From a virus: 64,000 nt of DNA. Made by a program: the position numbers and the translations under genes. Below the pieces are notes generated by a model. That model saw only the letters and a program-made list of their open reading frames with translations, was not told the origin of the DNA and searched no databases. Shown here piece after piece: positions 27,646 to 36,668 of the stretch (positions are counted from its first letter, which is position 1; the number at the start of each line of letters is the position of its first letter). Where the stretch lies: the IMG/VR virus record IMGVR_UViG_3300036792_000363, positions 32,001 to 96,000 of that record; one strand, 5' to 3'.

Positions 27646-27907
27646 AGCGTCACCTCGTCGTCGATCATCGCGCAGCTGTCGCCGGGCACGTCGTCGCCGT
27701 CCTGTGCTCCACCGTGAAGTAGACGTTGCCGTCGACCCGAACCAGCGCCTCCGGCGGCCACATGGCCGGCATCGGGTCCTGGCCCTCCAGCACGGCGATC
27801 CGGTTGAGGTCGTAGTCGCACAGCACGGCCCCGCACCAGGCGCAGCGCTGGCGCAGGCGGGTGCCCACCTGCACCTTGAGCCCGGCGAAATGCGTGATCG
27901 CGGTCAC
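27642..27907 (-). pseudogene. Zn-ribbon hypothetical protein with apparent 1-nt frameshift near 27705
   Basis: RQRCAWCG...VEH continues as QDGDDVPGDSCAMIDDEVTL in another frame, which ends with the expected GTGA overlap. Confidence 0.5.
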
Positions 27908-28041
27908 GGCGTCATCGTGCTCCAGACGACGGCGAAGTACACGCCGTAGACGAGCGCGATGCCGACGACCAGCCCGAGGACGATCAGGACGCGGTTCAGC
28001 GCCGCGCTGCGCCTCTGCAGGGTCCCGGGGGCCCGGTGCAT
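27904..28041 (-). CDS. Small membrane protein
   Basis: 45 aa with one TM segment. Confidence 0.55.
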   Translation of the reverse strand: MHRAPGTLQRRSAALNRVLIVLGLVVGIALVYGVYFAVVWSTMTP

Positions 28042-28043
28042 TG

Positions 28044-28166
28044 TCAGATCACCCGCCAGCCTCGTCCGTGGGCCAGATTCCACACCTTGCCGTGCACGCC
28101 CTCGGGCCAGTACCACTGGGTGGCCCAGTCCGCGGGCGCTGCGAACATCCACAAGGCGCGCAACAT
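28044..28166 (-). CDS. Small Trp-rich protein
   Basis: 40 aa; leaderless ATG 7 nt after the class A motif. Confidence 0.5.
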   Translation of the reverse strand: MLRALWMFAAPADWATQWYWPEGVHGKVWNLAHGRGWRVI

Positions 28167-28168
28167 GA

Positions 28169-28618
28169 CTAGGTAATCGGGACGCCGAACCTCTTCACCG
28201 GGACGCCGTGGTCCTCCGCGAAGTCGGCGCAGTGCACCGACCCGTGGGTGCCATGGTAGGGCAGGCCGCGGTCCGGGCGCTTGCGAACGCACGCCTCGCG
28301 CGGGCAGCGGTCGATGAACGCCAGGCACCCCCAGAACGGGCCGTGCTCGGTGACCATCTTCACGTTACGCCGGATCCCGGCGGACAGGTCGAGCTGGCCG
28401 TTCGGGTACCAGTCGGCCACCGGCACGCGCTCGGCCCCGCCGCCCAGGTACTCGTCCCAGTAGGTCTCGCAGAGCAGGTCCGCGCCTTTCGGGCACGCCC
28501 CGTGCACCAGCAGGATGTCAGAGTCGAAGGTCCACGCGGCCTTGAGCGCGCGCCAGATGACGGAGGCGTCGCCCCAGCTGCGCGACCCGGTGACAAGCAG
28601 GCGCCTGCGCTCGGTCAT
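28169..28618 (-). CDS. SLOG / DUF2493 (YspA-like) nucleotide-binding protein
   Basis: LLVTGSRSW...LVHGACPKGAD...GIRRNVKM...CLAF. Confidence 0.75.
   Translation of the reverse strand: MTERRRLLVTGSRSWGDASVIWRALKAAWTFDSDILLVHGACPKGADLLCETYWDEYLGGGAERVPVADWYPNGQLDLSAGIRRNVKMVTEHGPFWGCLAFIDRCPREACVRKRPDRGLPYHGTHGSVHCADFAEDHGVPVKRFGVPIT
28174..28180 (-). promoter_or_regulatory. Class A promoter, leaderless (N7-ATG)
   Basis: CCGATTA-CCTAGTC-ATG. Confidence 0.65.
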
Positions 28619-28624
28619 GCCCGT

Positions 28625-28631
28625 TACTACG
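28625..28631 (-). promoter_or_regulatory. Class B promoter CGTAGTA, leaderless (N6-ATG)
   Basis: Part of a 22-nt direct repeat (28616 and 28882). Confidence 0.55.
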
Positions 28632-28884
28632 CGGCAGGTGCCGGGAAGAGTCCCTCACGCCAGGCGTCGATGACCGTCAGGTGCTTTTTCTCGTCGTCCT
28701 CCGGGCTGCGGACAACCTCGCCGTTGCGCACCTCGGTAACCAGCTTCATGGTCCACCAGCACCCGGACCCGTCCGCGTACCGGCCGAACTGGACGTCGTA
28801 CAGCCGGTCGTCTTTCGGGGCGTCCTTCAGCCAGAGCAGCGCACCCGCCAGGGCGTCGTTCTCGGCATTCGCGGCATTGCTCAT
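28627..28884 (-). CDS. Hypothetical protein
   Basis: 85 aa; leaderless after a class B motif. Confidence 0.6.
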   Translation of the reverse strand: MSNAANAENDALAGALLWLKDAPKDDRLYDVQFGRYADGSGCWWTMKLVTEVRNGEVVRSPEDDEKKHLTVIDAWREGLFPAPAA

Positions 28885-28890
28885 GCCCGT

Positions 28891-28897
28891 TACTACG
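28891..28897 (-). promoter_or_regulatory. Class B promoter CGTAGTA, leaderless (N6-ATG)
   Basis: Second copy of the direct repeat. Confidence 0.55.
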
Positions 28898-29582
28898 CGG
28901 CAGCCTGATACGCCGCCAGCCGCTCGCGGTAGGCGGGATGGCTCGACGCGAACGCCACCCAGGTCTCCATCCCCCCAGCCCTGTCCTCGACGAACTCCAG
29001 GTAGCGCAGCATGCGGCCCAGGTTCTCGTCGGGCCCGAAGCGGAAGAACTGGCCGTCCCCGGAATGACAGCCCAGGTGCGCCGAGTACAGGAGGCGCTTA
29101 CGGGTGTTGACCCGGCCCATGTGGACCCACAGCCCGCGAAGCCGGGCCTCGGCCACCATCTCGACCACCTCGGCGCTGGCCTTGAACTCGTCGGTGCCGC
29201 CGATGAACAGCACGTCGAACTCGCCCCACGGCAGGTCGGCGCTGGTCCCCCCGTCCTGCACCGCGAGCGCCACCGGGTACCCGATCGAGCGGATGAGCGG
29301 CAGCCACGGGCGGGACAGCGCCAGCGACGCCTCGTGCTCGAACGGGACGTCGGGCGCGACCGCGAACTTGCACCGATCCGCCTGCGGCGCGAAGAGCCGG
29401 AGGAACTGGGTGAACTTCTCGTCGCCCACCCAGCCCTTCCCGAACTTCCCGTTGTCAGCGCACCACGTCACCCCGTCGGGGATCGGGTTGAACTGCTTCG
29501 GGGTGACGATCTGCCCCAGGCGGCCGGCCTTCATCGCGGCGATGATCCGGTCGTTAGTGCAGGTGGTCCCGAAATAAAGCAC
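28893..29582 (-). CDS. TGT/DpdA-like TIM-barrel protein (putative deazaguanine transglycosylase)
   Basis: WCADNG, AVAPDV, AVQDG, VLFIGG, VHMGRVN and SGDG motifs; adjacent to QueF-like and VUT genes. Confidence 0.55.
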   Translation of the reverse strand: MLYFGTTCTNDRIIAAMKAGRLGQIVTPKQFNPIPDGVTWCADNGKFGKGWVGDEKFTQFLRLFAPQADRCKFAVAPDVPFEHEASLALSRPWLPLIRSIGYPVALAVQDGGTSADLPWGEFDVLFIGGTDEFKASAEVVEMVAEARLRGLWVHMGRVNTRKRLLYSAHLGCHSGDGQFFRFGPDENLGRMLRYLEFVEDRAGGMETWVAFASSHPAYRERLAAYQAAA

Positions 29583-29838
29583 GCGCCCTGACCTCGACCG
29601 CCCACGGCCCGGTGCTCCAGGTGGTGACCACCTCCGAGCCCTCGGGCACCAGGGCCGCCACCTCGCGGGTGAAGTCCTCGTGGGTGATGGGCTCGGTCGT
29701 CAGGGCGTCGATGCGCGCGCCCAGCTCGTGCAGCTCCGGGGCCTCGTCGGCGTCGATCGTGATGACAAGCTCGCCGACGTCGGTCTCGTTCTTGAAAGGG
29801 CAGGTCTTGACGACCTGCCGGCGCAGGGTGACGTTCAC
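29554..29838 (-). CDS. QueF-like T-fold protein
   Basis: TCPFKNETDVGELVITI...PELHEL...ITHEDFT parallels the QueF pattern CP..PD..I.I...ELKSL...SHE. Confidence 0.6.
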   Translation of the reverse strand: MNVTLRRQVVKTCPFKNETDVGELVITIDADEAPELHELGARIDALTTEPITHEDFTREVAALVPEGSEVVTTWSTGPWAVEVRARALFRDHLH

Positions 29839-30395
29839 GCGGGCATCGCCACAGGGCCGGTCCTGCGCAGGCCCCACACCACCGGCACGGCCGCCAGCTG
29901 CACCCAGACCTTGCCGAGGACGAGCCCGGCGACGGCCGCCTCCCCCGAAGGCAGGTTAGCCAGGTGCAGGAAGACCACCGAGTCGACCACGGCGGCCACG
30001 CAGCCGGAGGCCAGCACGGCGGGGACGAGCCAGCGGCGCTGCAGCGGGGTGTAGATCAGGAAGTCGGCGCTCTCCGAGCACAGGTAGGTCAGCCCCGACG
30101 CCAAGGCGATGTGCGGGCTGCTGACGCCGTAGGAGACGGCCGCGCCCACCACGATGGCGGCCACCCCGAGCCAGCGGCCGCCGATCCGCTGGGTGACGTC
30201 GCGGGCGGGGAAGCTGACCGCGGCGGCCCAGACGCCCGACGGGGCCAGCAGGCCGAAGCCGACGTAGGTCAGGTGGGTGCCCGGCCCGGCGGGGATCCCG
30301 ACGTACGTGATCAGGTAGTTGGAGAGGACGATGGCGGCCACGTAGACGCCGAACGCAGCCGCGGCCCAGGGCCAGGTCTCTTTGATTTTGGGCAT
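29835..30395 (-). CDS. yhhQ: VUT-family queuosine-precursor transporter (YhhQ-like)
   Basis: About six TM segments; SNYL, PARDVTQR, SESADFLIY, VDSVVFL and GKVW motifs. Confidence 0.75.
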   Translation of the reverse strand: MPKIKETWPWAAAAFGVYVAAIVLSNYLITYVGIPAGPGTHLTYVGFGLLAPSGVWAAAVSFPARDVTQRIGGRWLGVAAIVVGAAVSYGVSSPHIALASGLTYLCSESADFLIYTPLQRRWLVPAVLASGCVAAVVDSVVFLHLANLPSGEAAVAGLVLGKVWVQLAAVPVVWGLRRTGPVAMPA

Positions 30396-30426
30396 GAGTG
30401 TCTCCCGGTAGAGGGCTGATGCTCTC

Positions 30427-30433
30427 TATTACG
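30427..30433 (-). promoter_or_regulatory. Class B promoter CGTAATA
   Basis: Upstream of the VUT-QueF-TGT operon. Confidence 0.45.
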
Positions 30434-30441
30434 GGCGAAGG

Positions 30442-31023
30442 TCAGATGCCCGGGTCCGTGGGGAAGCTCTGGGCGTTGACGTCGAAGAACTGCATGTCGA
30501 GCTGGTCGCGGTCGGCCGGGCCCACCAGGACCATCCGGCCCTCCTCGGGGTCCCACTTGATCCGCGCCAGGTCGTCCTTGGCGAAGTGCTCGAAGCCGGT
30601 GATCTGCCCGTAGAACACGCCGGCCAGGGACTGGCGCCGCGCCAGCCGCCGGATCGCCAGGTCGAACATGTCGACCCCGGTCTTCTCCGACGTCACTTCG
30701 ATCGCCTGCGCGTTGCGGGCCATCTCCTGGATCGGCTTGCTGTAGGAGTAGGACCCGATCTCCTCGGCCTGCAGCGGGTTGGCCATCACCTGCTGGTAGG
30801 GCCAGCGCAGGTACAGCCAGTCGGCCATCGCCATCACGCCCATGTTGGCGAGCAGCTGGTAGTCGGCGCTCAGCCCGCCGTAGTCGTCCGCCCCCAGCTC
30901 CGACAGGATCGTGAACATGATCGCGGCCTGCAGCAGCGCCGAGTTGGCGTACCCGGTGTAGCTGGTCACCGGCCGGCCAGAGTAGTTGGCAAGCTCGGCG
31001 ACGGTGGGGACCGGCCAGGGCAT
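30442..31023 (-). CDS. Head-tail adaptor
   Basis: PTVAELANYSG...LQAEEIGSYSYSK, typical of adaptors. Confidence 0.75.
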   Translation of the reverse strand: MPWPVPTVAELANYSGRPVTSYTGYANSALLQAAIMFTILSELGADDYGGLSADYQLLANMGVMAMADWLYLRWPYQQVMANPLQAEEIGSYSYSKPIQEMARNAQAIEVTSEKTGVDMFDLAIRRLARRQSLAGVFYGQITGFEHFAKDDLARIKWDPEEGRMVLVGPADRDQLDMQFFDVNAQSFPTDPGI

Positions 31024-31757
31024 CAGCCCTCCTGCCGCGCGAAGGCCAGCCGCGCCAGCTCGTGCCCCTCGTCGAGCACCAGCGCGCCGCCGTCAGCCCT
31101 GGCCGCCATGTGCTGCGCGTGCACCTGGCTGCCGACGTTGGCCCACAGCACCTGCACCCGGCCGTCGCCGCTGCCCCGCGCGCCCATCGGCACCACCGCT
31201 GCCTGGTGCCCTTCGGAGTCGGTGACGAACAGGTTGAAGTCGGCGCGCTTGAACGTCTCGATGTCGGTGATGGGCGTCGGGTAGTGGTGCACCCCGCCGC
31301 CGTGCGGCAGCACCCCCGAGTGCAGGCCCGCGGGCATCGGCACGCTGGCGTTGCAGATGCTGTCGGTCCACCTCGCGACCCCGGCCGCGTCCGTGATCGG
31401 GGCGGCCAGCAGGTCAGCGATCCCCAGTTCGCTCACCGCGCCGGGGAAGGCGGCGTACAGCCTGGACGCGTTGAGGCGAAGCTGGTCAACTCTGGACGGA
31501 TCTGCGCAGAACTGGGCGCTCCACTCGATGCCGGCCAGGTTGCGGACGAAGAACCAGCCGCCGGAGTCCTTCAGCCACAGGCCGCCGCCGTGGTGGTCCT
31601 GGATGGGCGGCGGGCCGTAGTAGGTGCCGTCGCCGACCAGGTGGTGCAGCTCCGCCCGCGAGGCCTGGTACTCCGGGGAGTCGGTCCGGGGCGGGTGGTC
31701 GGGGATCTCGATGTCCCAGCCGTGGTCCTCGTGCTCGGTGTGGGTGCCCTCGCTCAT
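31023..31757 (-). CDS. Hypothetical protein (DUF6424-like)
   Basis: DHPPRTDSPEY...QDHHGGGLW...GIEWS His-rich conserved pattern. Confidence 0.6.
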   Translation of the reverse strand: MSEGTHTEHEDHGWDIEIPDHPPRTDSPEYQASRAELHHLVGDGTYYGPPPIQDHHGGGLWLKDSGGWFFVRNLAGIEWSAQFCADPSRVDQLRLNASRLYAAFPGAVSELGIADLLAAPITDAAGVARWTDSICNASVPMPAGLHSGVLPHGGGVHHYPTPITDIETFKRADFNLFVTDSEGHQAAVVPMGARGSGDGRVQVLWANVGSQVHAQHMAARADGGALVLDEGHELARLAFARQEG

Positions 31758-31764
31758 GACCGTT

Positions 31765-31771
31765 GAATCGG
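31765..31771 (-). promoter_or_regulatory. Class A promoter variant, leaderless (N7-ATG)
   Basis: CCGATTC-AACGGTC-ATG. Confidence 0.6.
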
Positions 31772-31781
31772 AGAGGCTTCG

Positions 31782-32963
31782 CTAGTCTGCGCCCATGAAC
31801 GCCAGGAACGCCGACGGGTTGCCGGGAGCGGGGCCGACGGTCAGCTCCGCCTGGTCCATGGTGACGGAGATGACCGTCGTGGAGCCGATCTCCGGGACCT
31901 GGAGGTAGGCCGCGACGCGGACGGTGTTAGGCGGGCACAGGTAGCTCACGCTGTACCGGGTGGGCGTGCCGGTCAGCGTGGTGAAGTTGGTGTCGGACTC
32001 GGACAGGTAGCTGCTGGACGAGTCGAAGCCCTCGATGCCGATGAAACCGTAGGCGTTAGTCAGCGACCCGGAGAGCCATACCGAGAACGTCAGGTACTGC
32101 CCGGGACTGGCGGTGATGGGCGACTGGTAGATCTCGGTCTTCGCCGTGCCGGCGTCGCCGGCCACGCCCGTGTAGGCGAAGTTCTGCGCGACGAGGCCGT
32201 CCGTGACCCCGCTGGTAACCAGCGAGTAGGTGGCCTCGGTGGCGGTGGTGTGCTCGTCCGTCCAGCCGGTGGCGATCGTCGTACCGGACTCGAAGCTCGG
32301 GTTGGTCAGCAGGTTGGGAGTGCCGCCGGGAGCGACCTGCAGCACGACGGCGATCGAGTTCTGGTTGCGGGCGGTGCCGTTGGAGCCCCGGTCCACGGTG
32401 ATGGGGACGCCTGTGAGGCGTCCGGCGGCTAGGTTCACCGCGTCGACCATGAGCGCGGCGTTGTTCGCGGTCGTGTGGAACTGCGTCCCGGCGTCCGTCG
32501 TCCACGCGGCGGTGGAGTTGACGCCCGCCGCAGAGATCATCACCTCGTTGCCGGTGGCGATGTACCCGAGCTGCACTTCCGGCATGGCCACCGTCGAGGA
32601 TGAGGAGTTCCCGACGGGCTGGGTGCCCGAATAGGCGGTCAGGGACGTGCTGGCACCCCGGTAGTTCGCGCACCACCAGGACCACACCGAGCTGACGGTG
32701 CCGGTGACGGTGAATGTGGTCTGGCCGAGGCCGTTCGGGGTGAGCTGATACGCCCAGATCCGGCCGCCAGAGCCCCCGGCCGGGAGCGGGGTCGCGGTGG
32801 AGATGGCCGAGGAGAAGGTCAGGCTCGTCTGGACGTTGTTGCTGTTGACGATCAGCAGGATGCAGTCGCCGGTGGTGTAGCTGGGCAGCGTGACCGTGAT
32901 GGATGTGCCGCCAGCGGTGTTCTGGCCGTTCGTAGCGGCAGTGGGTGCGGGGCTGAGCGGCAT
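31782..32963 (-). CDS. Accessory virion protein with carbohydrate-binding-like module
   Basis: Thr/Ser-rich beta protein; NLLTNPSFESG motif; TGATG overlap; lower GC3 than its flanks. Confidence 0.65.
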   Translation of the reverse strand: MPLSPAPTAATNGQNTAGGTSITVTLPSYTTGDCILLIVNSNNVQTSLTFSSAISTATPLPAGGSGGRIWAYQLTPNGLGQTTFTVTGTVSSVWSWWCANYRGASTSLTAYSGTQPVGNSSSSTVAMPEVQLGYIATGNEVMISAAGVNSTAAWTTDAGTQFHTTANNAALMVDAVNLAAGRLTGVPITVDRGSNGTARNQNSIAVVLQVAPGGTPNLLTNPSFESGTTIATGWTDEHTTATEATYSLVTSGVTDGLVAQNFAYTGVAGDAGTAKTEIYQSPITASPGQYLTFSVWLSGSLTNAYGFIGIEGFDSSSSYLSESDTNFTTLTGTPTRYSVSYLCPPNTVRVAAYLQVPEIGSTTVISVTMDQAELTVGPAPGNPSAFLAFMGAD

Positions 32964-34291
32964 CAGGCCCCGGCCAGGAACGCGACGAACACCCATTTGC
33001 CCTTGGCTGCGTTATAGATGAACCCGAGCAGGTCCGTCGCCCCGGCGGCCGTGGACAGGGTGGGTGCCGGGAGGCCGGCGGTGAACTCGTAACCGGTGCC
33101 GTAGGCCAGGGTGAAACCGCCGCCGGTTCCCTGGGTCACCCACACGAGCATCTTCTGGCCGTCCACGGGATTCGTGGGGGTGGCCAAAGTGCCGGTGCTG
33201 GCGGTCAGGGTCAGCCGGAAGTCGTTGCCCAGGGCGGCGTTCACGGGGGTCGGGTTGCCGAACGCCAGGGTGACCACTGCCGGGGCGACGTAGGCGGGCA
33301 GCGTCGCGCCCCCGGCAAAGTTCGTGGCCGTGGCCGCGTTCCCCGACGTGGACTGGTTGAGCGTCGGGACGTCGGCGGCGGCTATGGCGCGCATCGACGG
33401 GGCGCCCGCCCCGCCGGACGACGGCCCTGCGAACACCGCGTTCTGCGCGGCGGTCGACGCGCCGTAGCCGCCGTGCGCGACCGACAACGGCAGGGCCGAC
33501 ACCGGGACGCTCGCCGCCTCGGCCGCGCTCTGCGCCGCCGCCGCCGCGCCCGATACGTCCGCTCCGACCTGCGATGCGGTGATGCCCGTCAGATCCGAGC
33601 CGCTCCCATTCGGAGCGAGGTAGTCGGAGCCCGCCGTCGCGGGCTCAACGGCGGGCGGGACGCCCTTCAGCAGCCCCGCGACCGACGTGCCGACCCCGAC
33701 GGCAGGCGTGGTCGTCCCGTTCGTCACGCCGACCGTGAAGCCGTTCCCGGGCGTGCCCGTCACCTGGGTAACCGTGCCGGAGCCGCCGCCGGCCGACGGC
33801 TGCAGGGTCACGTTGCCGTCGGCGTCGGAGGTGAGCACCTCGCCCGACGTGCCGCCGGGGACCTTCAGCGGCGGGGACCCGGCGAGGGTCTGCGGCTCCG
33901 ACCAGGTGTTGGCGGTGCCGAACGCCGTCGAAGCGGGCGGCGCGGTCCCCGGCACCAGCGCCGACAGGTCCACCGACGCACCCAGCGTGCTCGGGATGGA
34001 GACGTTCGGCGTCACCGTCTTGCCCTGGAAGCCGTCGGGCGTCGCCAGCGTCACGTCGATGGTGTAGACGAAGGCCGGGGACACGCAGTCGGTGGTGGGG
34101 ATGATGACCGGGGCCATCACGCCGTTCTCGACCTCGGCGGTCCCCGACCCGTCCAGCAGCACGCTGAGCGCCGGGTCGGCGACCGTGCCGCCGGCGCTGA
34201 AGACCACCATCCCGCTCAGCGGGGTGCCGTCCAGGGCCAGCAGGTGGAGCCCGGTGACCTCGATGACCGACAGCCCGGCGGGGAACGTCAC
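32963..34291 (-). CDS. Fibre-like virion protein
   Basis: GTPLSGMVVF N-terminal anchor-like segment, GSGTVTQV and GGYGASTAA fibre-like repeats, C-terminal FRLTLTAS...TQGTGG...DLLGFIY. Confidence 0.65.
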   Translation of the reverse strand: MTFPAGLSVIEVTGLHLLALDGTPLSGMVVFSAGGTVADPALSVLLDGSGTAEVENGVMAPVIIPTTDCVSPAFVYTIDVTLATPDGFQGKTVTPNVSIPSTLGASVDLSALVPGTAPPASTAFGTANTWSEPQTLAGSPPLKVPGGTSGEVLTSDADGNVTLQPSAGGGSGTVTQVTGTPGNGFTVGVTNGTTTPAVGVGTSVAGLLKGVPPAVEPATAGSDYLAPNGSGSDLTGITASQVGADVSGAAAAAQSAAEAASVPVSALPLSVAHGGYGASTAAQNAVFAGPSSGGAGAPSMRAIAAADVPTLNQSTSGNAATATNFAGGATLPAYVAPAVVTLAFGNPTPVNAALGNDFRLTLTASTGTLATPTNPVDGQKMLVWVTQGTGGGFTLAYGTGYEFTAGLPAPTLSTAAGATDLLGFIYNAAKGKWVFVAFLAGA

Positions 34292-34298
34292 GCCGGTG

Positions 34299-34305
34299 CA
34301 ATCGT
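34299..34305 (-). promoter_or_regulatory. Class A promoter variant, leaderless (N7-GTG)
   Basis: ACGATTG-CACCGGC-GTG. Confidence 0.55.
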
Positions 34306-34310
34306 CCCGG

Positions 34311-35054
34311 TCAGGTGAAGTTGAGCATCGGCACGGCGCGCCCGCGCCGCCGCTCCGCCTCGTCCGCCTGCAGCAGCTGCGCGGTGGTCGGCGCCGGCAC
34401 CCGCACCGGCGCGTCCTTCGGCCCGGTCACCAGCGGCTCGAAGCTGCCGTCGGCCTCGGTGTAGCTCCGGCGCCCGGGCCACGGCCCGAAGTCGAACTTC
34501 TGCTCCCCCCAGCGCTCGATCTGCTCGAACCGGCTCATGGTGATCCACCGCCGGGCCTCCGCCCACCGCGGGTGGTCGGGCCCGATCTCCAGCTCCTGCC
34601 CGATGAACCAGATCTGCCCGAACGCGGTCAGCCCGTCGGCGATGAAGTGGATGAGCACCGCCTCGCCCTCCGACGCCACGAACGACGGCTCCACCTGCTC
34701 GAACTTGGCGGCCGCCGCCATGGCGGCGGCGTGCTGGCGGTCGCGCTCGGCCCGCTCGGCGTCGCTCAGCTCCGCGGTCGGCCGGGGGCGCGCCACGGTG
34801 ACCGCGGCGGGCGGCGGGGGCGCGTCCATCGGCAGCCCGCAGTCGGCGCAGAACCGGGCGGACGCGAGGTTGGCGTGGCCCAGCGCGCAGCTGGCGGGCA
34901 GCGTCGGGACGGCCGGACCTCCAACTTGCGTTGGGGCTGCAGGCGCAACCTCCAACGAAACAGGCGATTTGTTGGAGGTTACCGCGCTCGGGCGCAGCGC
35001 CTCGGAGGCCGCAACCACGTCAACGACGGTCTGGTGACCGCTCAATCCTGCCAT
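34311..35054 (-). CDS. Zn-ribbon hypothetical protein
   Basis: CALGH...FCADCG; the start at ATG 35054 is inferred from the promoter spacing. Confidence 0.65.
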   Translation of the reverse strand: MAGLSGHQTVVDVVAASEALRPSAVTSNKSPVSLEVAPAAPTQVGGPAVPTLPASCALGHANLASARFCADCGLPMDAPPPPAAVTVARPRPTAELSDAERAERDRQHAAAMAAAAKFEQVEPSFVASEGEAVLIHFIADGLTAFGQIWFIGQELEIGPDHPRWAEARRWITMSRFEQIERWGEQKFDFGPWPGRRSYTEADGSFEPLVTGPKDAPVRVPAPTTAQLLQADEAERRRGRAVPMLNFT

Positions 35055-35061
35055 GGCGGGG

Positions 35062-35068
35062 GAATCGG
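35062..35068 (-). promoter_or_regulatory. Class A promoter variant, leaderless (N7-ATG)
   Basis: CCGATTC-CCCCGCC-ATG. Confidence 0.6.
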
Positions 35069-35280
35069 CCGGAAATGCAACGAGGGCCCGGTTCGAGTCC
35101 AGGCCCTCGTCCAAACAGGAAGAACAACTCCGAGAATGATGCTACCGGAAATCGGGAGGGACGGGTGGCGGCTCTGCCCGGACTGCGCCAGGCCAGCGTA
35201 GCGCCCGGCCCTCCCTCATTCCCGGTGCCGGGTTCGGCGAGGCCCGCGCCACGGCACATCGTCTAATACGTCCGGACGCG

Positions 35281-35309
35281 AAACCCCCGGGCCGACGAGG
35301 CCCGGGGGC
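35281..35309 (-). terminator. Terminator after major capsid gene
   Basis: CCCCGGGCC/GGCCCGGGG stem followed by TTT on the minus strand. Confidence 0.65.
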
Positions 35310-35342
35310 TCACGTGATGCCCATCCGCTGGGCGGTCCGAGC

Positions 35343-36545
35343 CTAGTCGATCGGGCTGCCGGTGGTGCCCGCGCCGCCGTTGTAGTAGCCGGCCGGCGGG
35401 GTGTTGCCGTTGGTGATGATCCCGGTCGCCACCAGCATCTGCTCGGGCCGGGTGACGATCGGCAGCATGTGCCACTCCAGCAGGTACTGGCGCGCCGACG
35501 GGTCCTTCTCTTTCCACGTCTTCGCGTACTTGCCGGTGAAGCCCTCCGGGGCCTCGTCGTCCGCGGTCGGCCCGATGAGCATCTCGACCGGCCGCTGGTC
35601 GGTGTAGTTGCCCATGTAGAGCTGGCCGTCAGGGACGAAGAACGTCAGGTTCCCGAGGTCGGACTCGAAGACCTGCTCCACCGTGTTCCAGGTGAGGCCC
35701 ATGAACCCGGTCATGATGCCGGTCGAGTAGAACTCGTCCTTCATCCGGTCGCTCAGCATGGTGGCCGGGATGCTGACGGTGGACGCCTGCGTGGCGCTCA
35801 CCCACGCCTCCATCAGGGCCGCCATCGTCACCGAGGTGGCGAACACCTCCTTGGCCGGCACGCGGCCGTGGATCTGCAGCAGCCGCTTCCACGACCGGAC
35901 GTCCTCGATCATCGACACCGGGGTGGCGTAGGTGATGGTGCCGCCGGAGGCGTTCAGCCTCGTGTTCGGCTGCCCGAGGGTGGACGCGCTGCCCGCCGCG
36001 CCGCTGTTGCCGCTCGCGCCGCCGGTGGTGTAGTAGCCGAGCGCGGTGTTCTCCACCCACGGCGTCGCCGGGGTGACGAAGTGGCTGCTCGGGAACTTGA
36101 AGTCGATCGTCGCCTGGATGTCGGCGTAGTTGTACTGGATCGCCCCGCCCAGGGCCTGCCAGCAGCTCCACTCGGCGAAGTTGTCGAACCGCTGGTTGAT
36201 GTCGTTGATCTCGCGCAGCACCGCGCGCTCGGCGTTGATCTGGGCGATCTCGCCGGGGGTCCGCAGCCAGTGCAGGGTGGTCGGCTCGAAGACCTTCTTC
36301 TCGCGCAGGTAGATGAAGCTGGCGCTTTCCTGCGAGCGCCCGAGGCGGCTGATGATGTGCGCCTCGGAGTTGGGCACGTTCGGCTTGGCGACCGCGCGCG
36401 ACCCCTTCACCACGTCCCAGGTGGCGGACGGGAAGGGCCACGGGGTCTGGTCAAGCCGGTTGAGCATGAGCAGCGTCTCGGGGGTCACGAACTTCTCGAC
36501 CACGCCCCTCAAAACGACGGGTTCGAGTAGGCTGATGTCAGGAAT
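35343..36545 (-). CDS. Major capsid protein (E-like HK97 fold)
   Basis: PDISLLEPVVLRGVVEKF...EWSCWQAL...KTWKEKDPSARQYLLEWHMLP; follows the decoration gene and precedes a terminator. The start codon is uncertain (ATT at 36545 versus GTG upstream). Confidence 0.85.
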   Translation of the reverse strand: MPDISLLEPVVLRGVVEKFVTPETLLMLNRLDQTPWPFPSATWDVVKGSRAVAKPNVPNSEAHIISRLGRSQESASFIYLREKKVFEPTTLHWLRTPGEIAQINAERAVLREINDINQRFDNFAEWSCWQALGGAIQYNYADIQATIDFKFPSSHFVTPATPWVENTALGYYTTGGASGNSGAAGSASTLGQPNTRLNASGGTITYATPVSMIEDVRSWKRLLQIHGRVPAKEVFATSVTMAALMEAWVSATQASTVSIPATMLSDRMKDEFYSTGIMTGFMGLTWNTVEQVFESDLGNLTFFVPDGQLYMGNYTDQRPVEMLIGPTADDEAPEGFTGKYAKTWKEKDPSARQYLLEWHMLPIVTRPEQMLVATGIITNGNTPPAGYYNGGAGTTGSPID

Positions 36546-36668
36546 CGCGTCCACCACCCTTGAGCGGATAGGCTGTCTGTTAAAAGTCTGTAGCAGCGAC
36601 ACCCGCTTGAGAGTGCCCGGCCTGCGCCGCCCCCGAGGGAGCCACCTGGCTGGCCTGTCTGGGCGTGT

